In this document: piece after piece, positions 39,101 to 47,279 of the stretch
Layout of the letters: the number at the start of each line of letters is the position of its first letter
Position numbering within the stretch: position 1 is the stretch's first letter
IMG/VR virus record: IMGVR_UViG_3300024346_000043
Length of the DNA stretch: 64,000 bases
DNA from: an uncultured virus (IMG/VR IMGVR_UViG_3300024346_000043)
Taxonomy: Duplodnaviria; Heunggongvirae; Uroviricota; Caudoviricetes
Direction: 5' to 3' (one strand)
Translations under genes and position numbers: made by a program
The notes under the pieces: generated by a model
The model's input: the letters and a program-made list of their open reading frames with translations, nothing else
Told to the model about the DNA's origin: nothing
Database searches by the model: none

Positions 39101-39292
39101 ACCAGTAATAGTGACGGTTCTACCACCACTAGTATCTGTAGCAGTATCATTATTATCTCCACCATAACTAATACTAGTAATAGTAGGAAAAGCTCCTCCA
39201 GAGGTAGTACCAGTACCACCTTTAGAAGTTGCTAATATACCTGAGCTATTAACGCCCTCAGATAATTTTGCTAAATAAGCTGCAATACTCAT
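33113..39292 (-). CDS. Giant lectin-like protein, collinear paralogue of 26810-33103
   Basis: Same architecture with eight LamG-like modules; shared linkers. Confidence 0.85.
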   Translation of the reverse strand: MSIAAYLAKLSEGVNSSGILATSKGGTGTTSGGAFPTITSISYGGDNNDTATDTSGGRTVTITGANFAANATILINGVAAPVVSVVSASTITFTTPAMAAGTYVLYMVNADGSTAIAVPGISYSGVPAWSTAAGTVATITETTAISASLSATSNSAVTLSVLSGTLPPGAVFNSNGTISGTSAITASPTTYTFTVRATDTELQDTDRQFSIVINPEIVTFSNPTNGGTVLAYSNLYNTINLSAIGSAGNAISSYSANTLPAGLTLSGSTITGTAASVGTSSTTLTATTANTNKSTQITFNWSVTVSGDLYWKNTALLLSGTSTADSSLSDYLILNNQLVRIGDTRTSNFNPYQAGYYSNQFNGSGDYLTIPHNTQLNLSSGDFTIEAWVYWSGANASAEIVNKDGVSGSSYPSYAIAIASNKITFVVGSGNGTSSIQTITPASTTFPINTWTHVAGVRSGTTLTVYQNGVNVASATQTSTVTDGGKVVCIGFQTGQAASSYWGGSISNVRIVKGTAVYTANFTPSTTPLTAISGTTLLTCQSNQFRDAGPNNFAITTAGTPSIQQFNPFGVPATATTNNLYSAYLTSATDSRLTVPAGTAFAYGTGDFTVECWFFVPDMTGSSIRIIFSQTVSGTNYFVMGPQSSGSVLTGKITFTGVGSGGGTEIVSGSNLFTAGTWNHAAVCRVSGTVTVYLNGVGGTPTANATDFSNTSYVPTIGGYTHVSTGYNINGYLSNFRVVKGTAVYTSNFTPATANLTAIAGTSLLTFQDATIKDNSASALTITNVGTARLVAQSPFTQTTSTISLNSVGSTYFDGTGDAAYIAGDGNVVNFGNGNYTVEAWIYTTTGFCIMDTCPGGLATPTNRIQFNINADASVSYITYQGNVTLIMSATGLAPLRQWNHVALVKSNSQTRIYVNGVQGGSTYADTLTMPSQGNRPFIMGNGYDGGQGGTGYISNYRITKGTAIYTTPFAPPTAPLTAVNSTQALLFQTSQAPNNSQFVDNSSASNPITRFGNTTQGTFAPYGANWSTYFDGTGDWITVTAGTQWQFTGDYTLEAWIYVTVLTDGLIFGTGGSGSADQFGYASDGRFYFANVLTATGLITTNNWIHVAASRSGTTQKLFINGVVQLTSTISGTIGQNLAGYIGRRNDTYSPVNGYISNLRIVNGTALYTANFIPQITPLTPVTNTVLLTCQSAGFVDNSAKNNVVSNVGDTKTQRFSPYGATIQTPQTYSGYFDGSWANVNSGDYLALNGQANFAFGSNNFTVEMWVYATSFSANVVFYDSRPGNTSGAYGIFYYDTAGIVNWNVNALTITGTAITLNTWNHLAVSRSGTTTKLFINGAQAGTATDTNSYLNGALAPTIGTSGYSRGSNSMQGYISNVRVVNGTAVYTTTFTPSITPLTAIANTQLLTCQSTTFVDNSTNAFAITTVNEPRLRAFNPFGYTNTQGSAYTPALYGSSAYFDGTGDWLTIPTNTNISFASTVAFTVEFWMYPTAYAVGGGFNDGRALVSTSGTYPEGWRIEMGTANLILYSYTSGTTITTPISINTWTHVAVTHDGTTSKLYKNGILAGSAATTWSAGVSSPFYIGALNSGSYILPYLGYISDVRLVKGTAIYTSNFVPPQAPLTATTATTLLLNMDKGALVDYTKSVNLETVADTKINNESAYNGGYYSNYFDGSGDTFSTPAGLSTAMGTGFAGNILSFECWVFPQNHNFNANAQMIAGAYAAVAANGRWYIGFDKTANATTQLIFGWTISSGSQTGVTTTVFPITHGQWNHIAVTVDATTAASSTVKLFANGLLLNTFTAQDFSSQTAYWQPTQIGGCGSTTYTSEFHGYISNFRILKGSLAYTTNYTVPTAPLTAITNTVLLTCQSNTFKDNSIGTFALTRNGDVSVRSFNPFQRNTKTSMYFDGTGDSLKIPSSAQHALGTSNFTIEMWAYNSSTTNRLLSYATTNAPIIYFNASNFLLYENYGVGTVLTSSIAVPLNTWAHIAVCRSSGVTKIFINGVEGASGADTNNWGQNGIYIGVDVSTTYMTGYIDDLRITRYARYTANFTPPSTKWPSN

Positions 39293-39313
39293 AGTATTCC
39301 TTAAGTAAATATA

Positions 39314-42220
39314 TTAGGCTTGTGCCTCGCCCCAACGTAACAACACAGTTGCTGCGGCAGTGCCAACAACAGTTTTTACATTAATAGCCAAGATATCCGG
39401 CCCGTTTGGATATGCACCAACTCCGCCAAAAGGACTATTTGTAAGTTCTTTTAGTTCAGTAAGTTCAAGTCTTGCGTCAGAGTTTGGAGTTGCGGAAAAC
39501 GCAAATACTTGTTCTCCTGGAACAGCAAATGTACCCGAGGTATAAGTAACTGCTGTCGCTACTTGTGCTAAACTAGGCTGTCCACCCACTGATTCAAAGT
39601 TTAGCGGTTGCCATGTTGCACTTGAAAAGTTTTTAGGATTTAAAACACCTTCAATAATAACAGATCCCTGAGTAGCACTAGCTGCGGCACCATAAATCTG
39701 AATGGCAACGGCATTTAACAATAGTTGTGAACGGTTTAACAAATCTTTTGCACCTAAATCACCTACAGCAGAACTACTAACACTTGGTGCTAGTCGAATC
39801 AAAAACGCTGTTGTCGTAGTAGTTCCAATTGCCATACCTGCGCGTTGATAGTTAAAGATATACCCACGGTCGTTGTCAAATAATCCATCACAGATTAATG
39901 CACTACCCCAGTGACTTAGTGTAGGACTAGCAGTATTTGATACAAGTATTATTCCTGTACTAGATAAATGTGTTGATGCTGTACCTGCGGTAAAAGAACG
40001 AGTAGATCCTTGAGCATACTGCGATAAGGTAGCTGCTCTAGTACATCCAGTAAATTGTGTTATACCACTTTTACCAGTATAACTTATAAGTTCGTTGTCA
40101 ACATATAAGGTGCCTGCGGTTGGAAAGTATGTGTTGTCATTTACATTAAGTGTAGTACCGTTAGTATTAGGATCAGCAGTTAAAAAACATAAAGCAGGGC
40201 TGCCATCGTTATCAACACTATACCTAACAGGTAAGTTACCTGTACGCATATGTGCTTCAGTATTAACGTTATTATTTTTAATACGATGAGCAAATACCCA
40301 ATTACCGTCACTACCACGTACCATATAATCAATAAACCCGGCACCGTACCAAGTATATTGAATACCCATCATATGCATTTTGCCTAAATCAATAACAAAA
40401 CCACTAGGCCCTGTTCCGTCTAATTTATCAATATTAAATTGGCTTTGTGGAATACGTGTTTCTTGAACTAAACTAGCTTTAACTCCGCTAATATTACTTA
40501 CACCGCGGAAATCAGGATTTACACTCATTGAAGTATCACTGGATACTTGTGTAACATAGTGCGTCATACCACGAATAACAATTTTATCGCCTATTTTAGT
40601 TTGTTGAGAAAATCGAGTATTAGTTCCAATAACTGTATTTGAATTTGAATTAATAGCAATAGTGCCAGTTAACTGTTGTGTGGCATTGCGTCTAACAACT
40701 GCTAAGATTGAACCTGAGTATTCCCAAAACATACCGTTTTGATCATCAAAAGTTCCTGCTCGAACAATAGCACCGTGCCAACTTGTTAATATAACTTTAG
40801 AATTAATTTCCATTACGCCTGTTAAAGCAGCAATAGAACTTGAACCAGAATTGTAAGTAAAAGTAAAATCGTCTATAACCGAAACAACTGTAAAAACACC
40901 GTTATAACCAGCAGTAGTTACACCAGTAATTGTTACAACTGCTCCAACTTGAAGCCCGTGATCTATTTCATCAGTTTTTACAGTAACTGTTTGATAGGTT
41001 CCTGTGCCTGTTGAACTAATACGTTGAATATCATAGCTAGGCTTAAACAATGTACCCGTTGACCACAACAAACCTTTACCAGATTGATATCGAAAATATT
41101 TCTTTGATACGCGAACTGTACTAGCACCAAAACTAGGGGTTTTACATTCAATTAAGACTCCACCGTCATAAGGTCTGTGCAATACTGCACTATTTGACAT
41201 TGCATATACTGTAGGAACACCAGGAGTAACTATTGCACCGCTTCGGGCTGTAAATGTAATTGAAGTTAAACTAGGTACAGATTCAACTAAAAATTGACCT
41301 GTAGCATTAAGAGGATTAGTGCCTCCTGTTAACGATACGTAAATTGGTACACCAGGTACTAAACCGTGATTTGAATTAAAGTTAATAGTAATAACACTAG
41401 GATTAGCACCATTACTTGTTGCAGTATTAGTATTTAATGAAGCACCTGTATATAGTGCAGCACGTTTAACCAATGTAGTGTCTGTTAGTAAGTTTTGGCT
41501 AGCCGTAGTACCTACTAAACCATTAGCAAAATATCGAATACTTGTTGTAGTAGGAACGTCATAAACAATAAAATTACCTGTTGCGCGACTAAATCCTGCT
41601 ATTGCTGCGCTTAATCCTGTAACGTTTACAGCTTGTCCAGTAGTAATACCATGAACTGCAGTGGTAGTTAATGTAATTAAACTGTTTGTAGCACTAGTAG
41701 TTGTATAATCAGTTGTAATGGTTCCAACTGTTAGGTCAATACCAGTAAACTCATAGATTGATGGATATCCTCGCATCAATCCATAGCCCGCCCATTTTGT
41801 AGGTTGTAATCCGTACTCAAAGTCAGCGTCAATCATTGACTGTGGAGTTGAAACACGCATACGCTCAATAGCGTCTGTGCCAAAAGCAAATGGGCGAATT
41901 GTTACGCCGTTTTGTGTTTCTTCAAAAAAGACCTGTAGTTTGTCACCAGTCATGCCTACACTACTAGCACCTAAGGTAATAGTAGTGTAGCCGTCAGCTC
42001 GCTGTGTTAATGTAGTACTTATTGCAGATATGTTGCCTGTACTAAAACTACAAGTAGTTCCAGCAAAGCTTGTGTCCGCAAAGTTATACAAGATAACGTT
42101 TTTTGTTATATTTGTAACTAGTAGTAATTGTTCTAATTGTATTCTACCTGGAACTACAATGGTGCCAGTACCTGCAGCTCCAGGAGTAAATACATATTGT
42201 CTTACTAGGGTTTTTGCCAT
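39314..42220 (-). CDS. Virion structural/fibre-associated protein (968 aa)
   Basis: Beta-rich, with three HG(L/I)xxG repeats; lies within the fibre operon. Confidence 0.65.
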   Translation of the reverse strand: MAKTLVRQYVFTPGAAGTGTIVVPGRIQLEQLLLVTNITKNVILYNFADTSFAGTTCSFSTGNISAISTTLTQRADGYTTITLGASSVGMTGDKLQVFFEETQNGVTIRPFAFGTDAIERMRVSTPQSMIDADFEYGLQPTKWAGYGLMRGYPSIYEFTGIDLTVGTITTDYTTTSATNSLITLTTTAVHGITTGQAVNVTGLSAAIAGFSRATGNFIVYDVPTTTSIRYFANGLVGTTASQNLLTDTTLVKRAALYTGASLNTNTATSNGANPSVITINFNSNHGLVPGVPIYVSLTGGTNPLNATGQFLVESVPSLTSITFTARSGAIVTPGVPTVYAMSNSAVLHRPYDGGVLIECKTPSFGASTVRVSKKYFRYQSGKGLLWSTGTLFKPSYDIQRISSTGTGTYQTVTVKTDEIDHGLQVGAVVTITGVTTAGYNGVFTVVSVIDDFTFTYNSGSSSIAALTGVMEINSKVILTSWHGAIVRAGTFDDQNGMFWEYSGSILAVVRRNATQQLTGTIAINSNSNTVIGTNTRFSQQTKIGDKIVIRGMTHYVTQVSSDTSMSVNPDFRGVSNISGVKASLVQETRIPQSQFNIDKLDGTGPSGFVIDLGKMHMMGIQYTWYGAGFIDYMVRGSDGNWVFAHRIKNNNVNTEAHMRTGNLPVRYSVDNDGSPALCFLTADPNTNGTTLNVNDNTYFPTAGTLYVDNELISYTGKSGITQFTGCTRAATLSQYAQGSTRSFTAGTASTHLSSTGIILVSNTASPTLSHWGSALICDGLFDNDRGYIFNYQRAGMAIGTTTTTAFLIRLAPSVSSSAVGDLGAKDLLNRSQLLLNAVAIQIYGAAASATQGSVIIEGVLNPKNFSSATWQPLNFESVGGQPSLAQVATAVTYTSGTFAVPGEQVFAFSATPNSDARLELTELKELTNSPFGGVGAYPNGPDILAINVKTVVGTAAATVLLRWGEAQA

Positions 42221-42237
42221 ATTTATTCTCTCTAATC

Positions 42238-45200
42238 TTATGTGCTCAATGCTACGCTCATTGCAATACTTATTGATTTAGAATAGTTTTGTATATTTGT
42301 TAGTGCAGCAGAGCCAACACTAGACACTATTCTAACAACATCACTTACTATACAAGCATTAGTTAATGTAACAATGTAGCCATCTGTAGCAGTGTAAGCA
42401 CTAGTACGTAGTAGACTACCATTAAGATACACCAAGACTGATCCTGGGACATATCCATTGGATACACCAAATGCAGTTTGACCCTGGGTTGCTATATATT
42501 CTTGTACGGCCGACATAGGTCCTGTTGGTCCTGTTGGTCCTGTACTTCCTGCTGATCCGCTAGTACCTGTAGGTCCTGTTGGTCCGTCACCTTTCATTTC
42601 CCTTACAACAATTTCTTGATTAGAACCTGGGGCAATTGCAAAAGCTAAAGTTGTACCGCTTACAGAGTAATCTGCTACAGGTTTTAATACAATACCGTTA
42701 GCAATAACTAATACGCTGTCAGTAGTATAACCACTGTCTATTGTAAAGTTAGTGGTGCTACCATTACCCGTAAAGTTTAGTGTAGTTATAACAAATGGGT
42801 AACCTACTGCACCTGATGGGCCTGAAGGTCCTGTAATACCTTGTGGTCCTGTTGGTCCACCAAATGCTCCAGTAGGTCCTGTGGGTCCGTCACCGCGCAT
42901 CATTCTGATAATTACTTCTTGTCCAGCGTCTGGAGCAGTAGTAAATGTTAATGTAGTTCCACTTACAGAATAATCTTCAGTAGGGGTTAATACTGCACCG
43001 TTAGCAATAATTAACAAACTTGCAGTCGTGTAGTCAGCAGGAATTGTAACTGTAGTAGTTGTACCATTTCCAGTAAAAGTTTGCGTCTGTACAGTAAATG
43101 CTAAACCAATCCCAGTGTTACCTATAGGACCTGTAGGACCTGTTGGACCAGCTACTGTTGAAACAGGTCCTGTTGGACCACCAAATGCACCTGTTGGTCC
43201 TTGAACTCCTGTTGGTCCTGTTGGACCATCCCCGCGCATTTGCCTAACAGAAATTTGTTGAGCAGTTTTTGGTGCTACCGCAAAGGTCAGTGTAGTTCCT
43301 GAAACTGTATAATCAGAAGTAGGAGTTAAAGTTACGCCGTTAACTATAACTAATACACTGTCTGTGTTATATCCAGCGTCTATAGTAAACGCTGTTGTAG
43401 TATTGTTACCAGTAAAAGTTTTTGTTACTACTTCAAATGCTAAACCAATTCCTGTGTTACCTGCTGCACCTGTTGGACCTGTTGGACCTCCAAAAGCACC
43501 TTGTGGACCTGTTGGACCTGTAGCACCATCTAAGCCTATTACTCCGTTAGTTCCTGCTGAACCTGTGGGACCTGTTGGACCTCCTGCTGGTCCTTGAGCA
43601 CCTGTTGGACCTGTAGCACCGTCTAATCCAATAGTTCCTGCTGAACCTGTGGGACCAGCAATACCTGGTACACCTGTTGGTCCCGCTACTGTTGATGCAG
43701 CACCTGTGGGACCTGTGGGACCTGTGGGACCTGTAGAGCCTGTGGGTCCTGTAGCACCATCCCCTAATAATTCTCTGACAACGATATCTTGATTTGCGCC
43801 AGGTGCTGTTATAAAAGCTAAAGTTGTACCAGTTAGTGTATAATCACTAACTGGTTTTAACATTACACCGCTAATAGTTACTAATATACTGTCTGTAGTA
43901 TATCCACTATTAATTGTAAAATTAGTTGTTGTACCATTACCAGTAAAACTTTGTGTAGTAACAGTAAAAGGTAATCCAATACCACTTTGACCGGTTGGAC
44001 CTGTTGGACCTGTTTCTCCATTTACACCTATTGTTCCGTTAGTACCTTGTGGGCCTGTAGGTCCAGCTACTGTTGATACAGCACCTGTTGGACCTGTAGC
44101 ACCTGTTGGACCTGTAGCACCTGTAGCACCTGCTAAATCAACAATATTAATTGTACCAATCATTCCAGAGTGGATCACACATTGATAATATATTACTGAA
44201 GGAGCGTCTAATGGGACTTTGTATGTTACAATAGTTGAAGTTGTTCCATTACCATAAACACCACTACTGGGATTATTTCCAGTAGTTCCTGGTACTGCTG
44301 AAGTATCTCCGCTAGCTAATCTTAGTGCTAAAGGATGACTACTAGTTATATTAGTTAAATTAAAATAATATAACTGTCCTCTGACTACAGTTAGTGTTGG
44401 ATATGTAGAATCTGCTAATCCAGTAACGGAATAGTTAAATCCTACATTATCAAAAACAAAATCTGTGCCACTAGTAATACCTTGAGCACCTGTAACGCCT
44501 TGAATACCTTGAGTGCCTTGAACACCTTGAACACCCTGAATACCTTGAATACCTTGAGAACCTGTTGGACCTTGAGCACCAGTATCGCCTACATTACCTT
44601 GACTACCTGTTGGGCCTGCAACACCTTGAATACCTGTTGGGCCTGCAACACCTTGAATACCTTGAGATCCTGTTGGACCTGTATCACCTGTTAAACCAGT
44701 TGAACCTGTAGGACCAGCTACTGTTGATGCAGCACCTTGAGATCCTGTTGGTCCTGTAGCACCTTGAATACCTTGAGCACCGCTTAAATCGCTAGTATAA
44801 GTATAAGTACTGCCGTTCCAGAGATATAATCTAGAGTTCTCAGCATTTTCTACATTTCCAGTGTCGATTAAAGCAAATTGTCCTGCTATAATTCCTGTGG
44901 GAGCTGTATCGGCTGTTAATGCAGCAACGCTTAAATAAGTTTTAGCTATTGCAAAGCCAAGACCTGTAGCACCTGTTGGGCCTGTTGGGCCTACAGAACC
45001 TGCACCTTGTGGACCTGTTGGGCCGACTATTGTGGAGTCAGCTCCTGTTGGACCTTGAGCACCTGTAGGTCCTGCTACTACAGAGTCAGCTCCTGTGGAA
45101 CCTGTTGGTCCTTGAAGCCCTGTAGAGCCTGTTGGGCCCATAACGCCTTGAATACCTTGTATACCTTGTATACCTTGTATACCTTGTGAGCCTGTAGGTC

Positions 45201-47232
45201 CTGCTACTATAGAGTCAGCTCCTGTGGAACCTGTTGGTCCAGTAGGTCCCGTAGGTCCCGTAGGTCCCGTAGGTCCAATATTGCCTGTGCGAGTTAGATC
45301 AACAGTGAGTTCATCTAGATTACTGGGCAGTATTCCTGAAACATATGCCACTGTGAACTGTAACCAACTGCTGTTGTCTGTGACTGCTGTCAGTTCAAAG
45401 ATTGCATGAGTAGCACTGGCGTTGCTGTTGCTTCTAAAAATTAAATATCCCTTGACTACAGGAGTGCCGTCATCCCAAGTCAACATGTATGAACTGAGAT
45501 CAGCAGCATCATATGTGATGTCACTGATTGCAATGGCAGTAACGCTGGCTACAGCAGCATTGTTAAATCGTACAATTCCTGATCCAGGATCAGCCATTGC
45601 TGTTGTTGTGCTGAAAGTATATTTTAAACCTGCTTTGTTACCTTGTGGTCCCGTAGGTCCTGTAGGTCCTTGAATACCTTGATCGCCTGTGGGACCCATT
45701 TGTCCTTCAATACCAGGAGCACCAGGTTGACCTACGTCGCCTGTGGCACCTGTAGGACCTGTGGGTCCTGTCTCGCCTTGAACGCCTTGACCGCCTGTCT
45801 CGCCTTGAACGCCTTGAACGCCTTGACCGCCTGGAACAGTTGAACCTGGACCTGCTGGTCCTATTGCTCCTGTTGGTCCTGTTGGTCCTGTTTCGCCATA
45901 ACCAATGCTTGTACCAGCAACTACTAGTTGACCGCCAATAGCACTAATAGGTGTTCCGCCTAAGTCAATAGTATTTCCAGAAAAGTATCCAGTTTTCCAA
46001 CGTTTTGTAGGAGAGCCTAAATCATAAACTTGATCTAATGTTGGTACTAATGCTGAACCTATTCCGTCAAAACTTACTGCGGGTCCTGCTGGTCCTTCTA
46101 AACCTGCAGTAACCAAGTGTCCGGTCATTTCTCGGATAATAATTTTTAGACTTGCAGGAGGAGCAGTTGTAAATACTACGCTATTACCACTTACATAATA
46201 ATCATTATTAGTAGTACCAACTTTTGCTTCTTGTAAAATACCGCCTACGTGTACTAAAATACTTTCTGTCGTTAAACCTGAGCTAATTGTAAATGCAACC
46301 GTAGTGCCATCAGCCAAAAAAGTTTTAGTATTTGCTTGAAACGCTGTTCCGCCAGGGGCTTGGTTAGTCCATTTTTGAGTGCCTTCGTCCCAGAACAATC
46401 CTTGTCCACCAATAGGAGAAGTTACTTGAACGTTACCTAAGTCGTTAACATTTGTAGTTTTATTCACCCACTTTGAAGTAGCAGTGTCATATACTAATAA
46501 TTGTTTATTGGTTGGAGTAGTAACAGATACATCAGTTAAAGCTGTAATAGCTGTTACAGGAGTTTTATTAATCCATTTACTAGTAGAAGAATCCCAAGAC
46601 AATGTTTGATTGTTTAGAACACTCGTAATTGTTACATTACCTAAATCATTAACACTAGTAGTTTTGTTAATCCACTTAGCAGAAGAAGTATCATATACTA
46701 ATGCTTGTTTATCAGCAACACTAGTAATTGTTACATCACTTAACCCTGTAACGGCTGTAACAGGAGTCTTATTAATCCATTTACTAGTAGAAGAATCCCA
46801 GGATAATGTTTGGTTATTTGCAACACTGGTAATCGTTACATTACCTAAATCATTAACGCTAGTAGTTTTATTAACCCATTTACCGGAAACGTTATCATAT
46901 ACTAATCCTTGCTTATCAGCAACACTAGTAATTGTTACATCGGTTAAAGCACTAAGTGCAGTGGTAGAAGTAGTTGGAGTCTTATTAATCCATTTTTCTG
47001 TTGCAGAGTCCCAAGCTAGTACTTGATTGTTAGCAACACTGGTAATTGTTACATTACCTAAGTCTTCGACCTTGGTATCTGCTAAGTTTTTAAAATATTT
47101 TACTTGACTATTAGATGCTTTAAAGTATATTCTTCCATCAGCTGTATTAATGGCTAATTCTCCGGGCTGGAGATTACCAGCCAGTGGAACTCCCCCAGCT
47201 GTAGATGAATTTTTAATCTTAATTGTTGCCAT
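42238..47232 (-). CDS. Collagen-like (GPT/GxQ) multi-module fibre protein
   Basis: N-terminal IKIKNSS...PGELAINTADG, seven ~33-aa repeats, long Gly-X-Y tracts interrupted by globular modules including six ~65-aa repeats. Confidence 0.85.
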   Translation of the reverse strand: MATIKIKNSSTAGGVPLAGNLQPGELAINTADGRIYFKASNSQVKYFKNLADTKVEDLGNVTITSVANNQVLAWDSATEKWINKTPTTSTTALSALTDVTITSVADKQGLVYDNVSGKWVNKTTSVNDLGNVTITSVANNQTLSWDSSTSKWINKTPVTAVTGLSDVTITSVADKQALVYDTSSAKWINKTTSVNDLGNVTITSVLNNQTLSWDSSTSKWINKTPVTAITALTDVSVTTPTNKQLLVYDTATSKWVNKTTNVNDLGNVQVTSPIGGQGLFWDEGTQKWTNQAPGGTAFQANTKTFLADGTTVAFTISSGLTTESILVHVGGILQEAKVGTTNNDYYVSGNSVVFTTAPPASLKIIIREMTGHLVTAGLEGPAGPAVSFDGIGSALVPTLDQVYDLGSPTKRWKTGYFSGNTIDLGGTPISAIGGQLVVAGTSIGYGETGPTGPTGAIGPAGPGSTVPGGQGVQGVQGETGGQGVQGETGPTGPTGATGDVGQPGAPGIEGQMGPTGDQGIQGPTGPTGPQGNKAGLKYTFSTTTAMADPGSGIVRFNNAAVASVTAIAISDITYDAADLSSYMLTWDDGTPVVKGYLIFRSNSNASATHAIFELTAVTDNSSWLQFTVAYVSGILPSNLDELTVDLTRTGNIGPTGPTGPTGPTGPTGSTGADSIVAGPTGSQGIQGIQGIQGIQGVMGPTGSTGLQGPTGSTGADSVVAGPTGAQGPTGADSTIVGPTGPQGAGSVGPTGPTGATGLGFAIAKTYLSVAALTADTAPTGIIAGQFALIDTGNVENAENSRLYLWNGSTYTYTSDLSGAQGIQGATGPTGSQGAASTVAGPTGSTGLTGDTGPTGSQGIQGVAGPTGIQGVAGPTGSQGNVGDTGAQGPTGSQGIQGIQGVQGVQGTQGIQGVTGAQGITSGTDFVFDNVGFNYSVTGLADSTYPTLTVVRGQLYYFNLTNITSSHPLALRLASGDTSAVPGTTGNNPSSGVYGNGTTSTIVTYKVPLDAPSVIYYQCVIHSGMIGTINIVDLAGATGATGPTGATGPTGAVSTVAGPTGPQGTNGTIGVNGETGPTGPTGQSGIGLPFTVTTQSFTGNGTTTNFTINSGYTTDSILVTISGVMLKPVSDYTLTGTTLAFITAPGANQDIVVRELLGDGATGPTGSTGPTGPTGPTGAASTVAGPTGVPGIAGPTGSAGTIGLDGATGPTGAQGPAGGPTGPTGSAGTNGVIGLDGATGPTGPQGAFGGPTGPTGAAGNTGIGLAFEVVTKTFTGNNTTTAFTIDAGYNTDSVLVIVNGVTLTPTSDYTVSGTTLTFAVAPKTAQQISVRQMRGDGPTGPTGVQGPTGAFGGPTGPVSTVAGPTGPTGPIGNTGIGLAFTVQTQTFTGNGTTTTVTIPADYTTASLLIIANGAVLTPTEDYSVSGTTLTFTTAPDAGQEVIIRMMRGDGPTGPTGAFGGPTGPQGITGPSGPSGAVGYPFVITTLNFTGNGSTTNFTIDSGYTTDSVLVIANGIVLKPVADYSVSGTTLAFAIAPGSNQEIVVREMKGDGPTGPTGTSGSAGSTGPTGPTGPMSAVQEYIATQGQTAFGVSNGYVPGSVLVYLNGSLLRTSAYTATDGYIVTLTNACIVSDVVRIVSSVGSAALTNIQNYSKSISIAMSVALST
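42515..45900 (-). repeat. Interrupted Gly-X-Y collagen repeat tracts (9-bp periodicity)
   Basis: Repeated ggacctgtt/ggtcctgt units encoding GPT, GAT, GIQ, GVQ. Confidence 0.9.
46360..47070 (-). repeat. Seven alternating A/B ~33-aa repeats (204-bp period)
   Basis: DLGNVTITSVxNNQxLxWDS...KWINKT alternates with LTDVTITSVADKQxLVYD...KWxNKT; DNA match between 46561 and 46765. Confidence 0.9.
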
Positions 47233-47250
47233 ATTCAGCCCTAAAAGAAT

Positions 47251-47276
47251 TAGGGAAACTTATAAAAGTTTCCCTA
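47251..47276 (-). terminator. Intergenic hairpin, possible weak terminator or processing site
   Basis: TAGGGAAACTT-ATAA-AAGTTTCCCTA perfect 11-bp stem followed by ATTCTTTT on the minus strand. Confidence 0.6.
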
Positions 47277-47279
47277 TTA

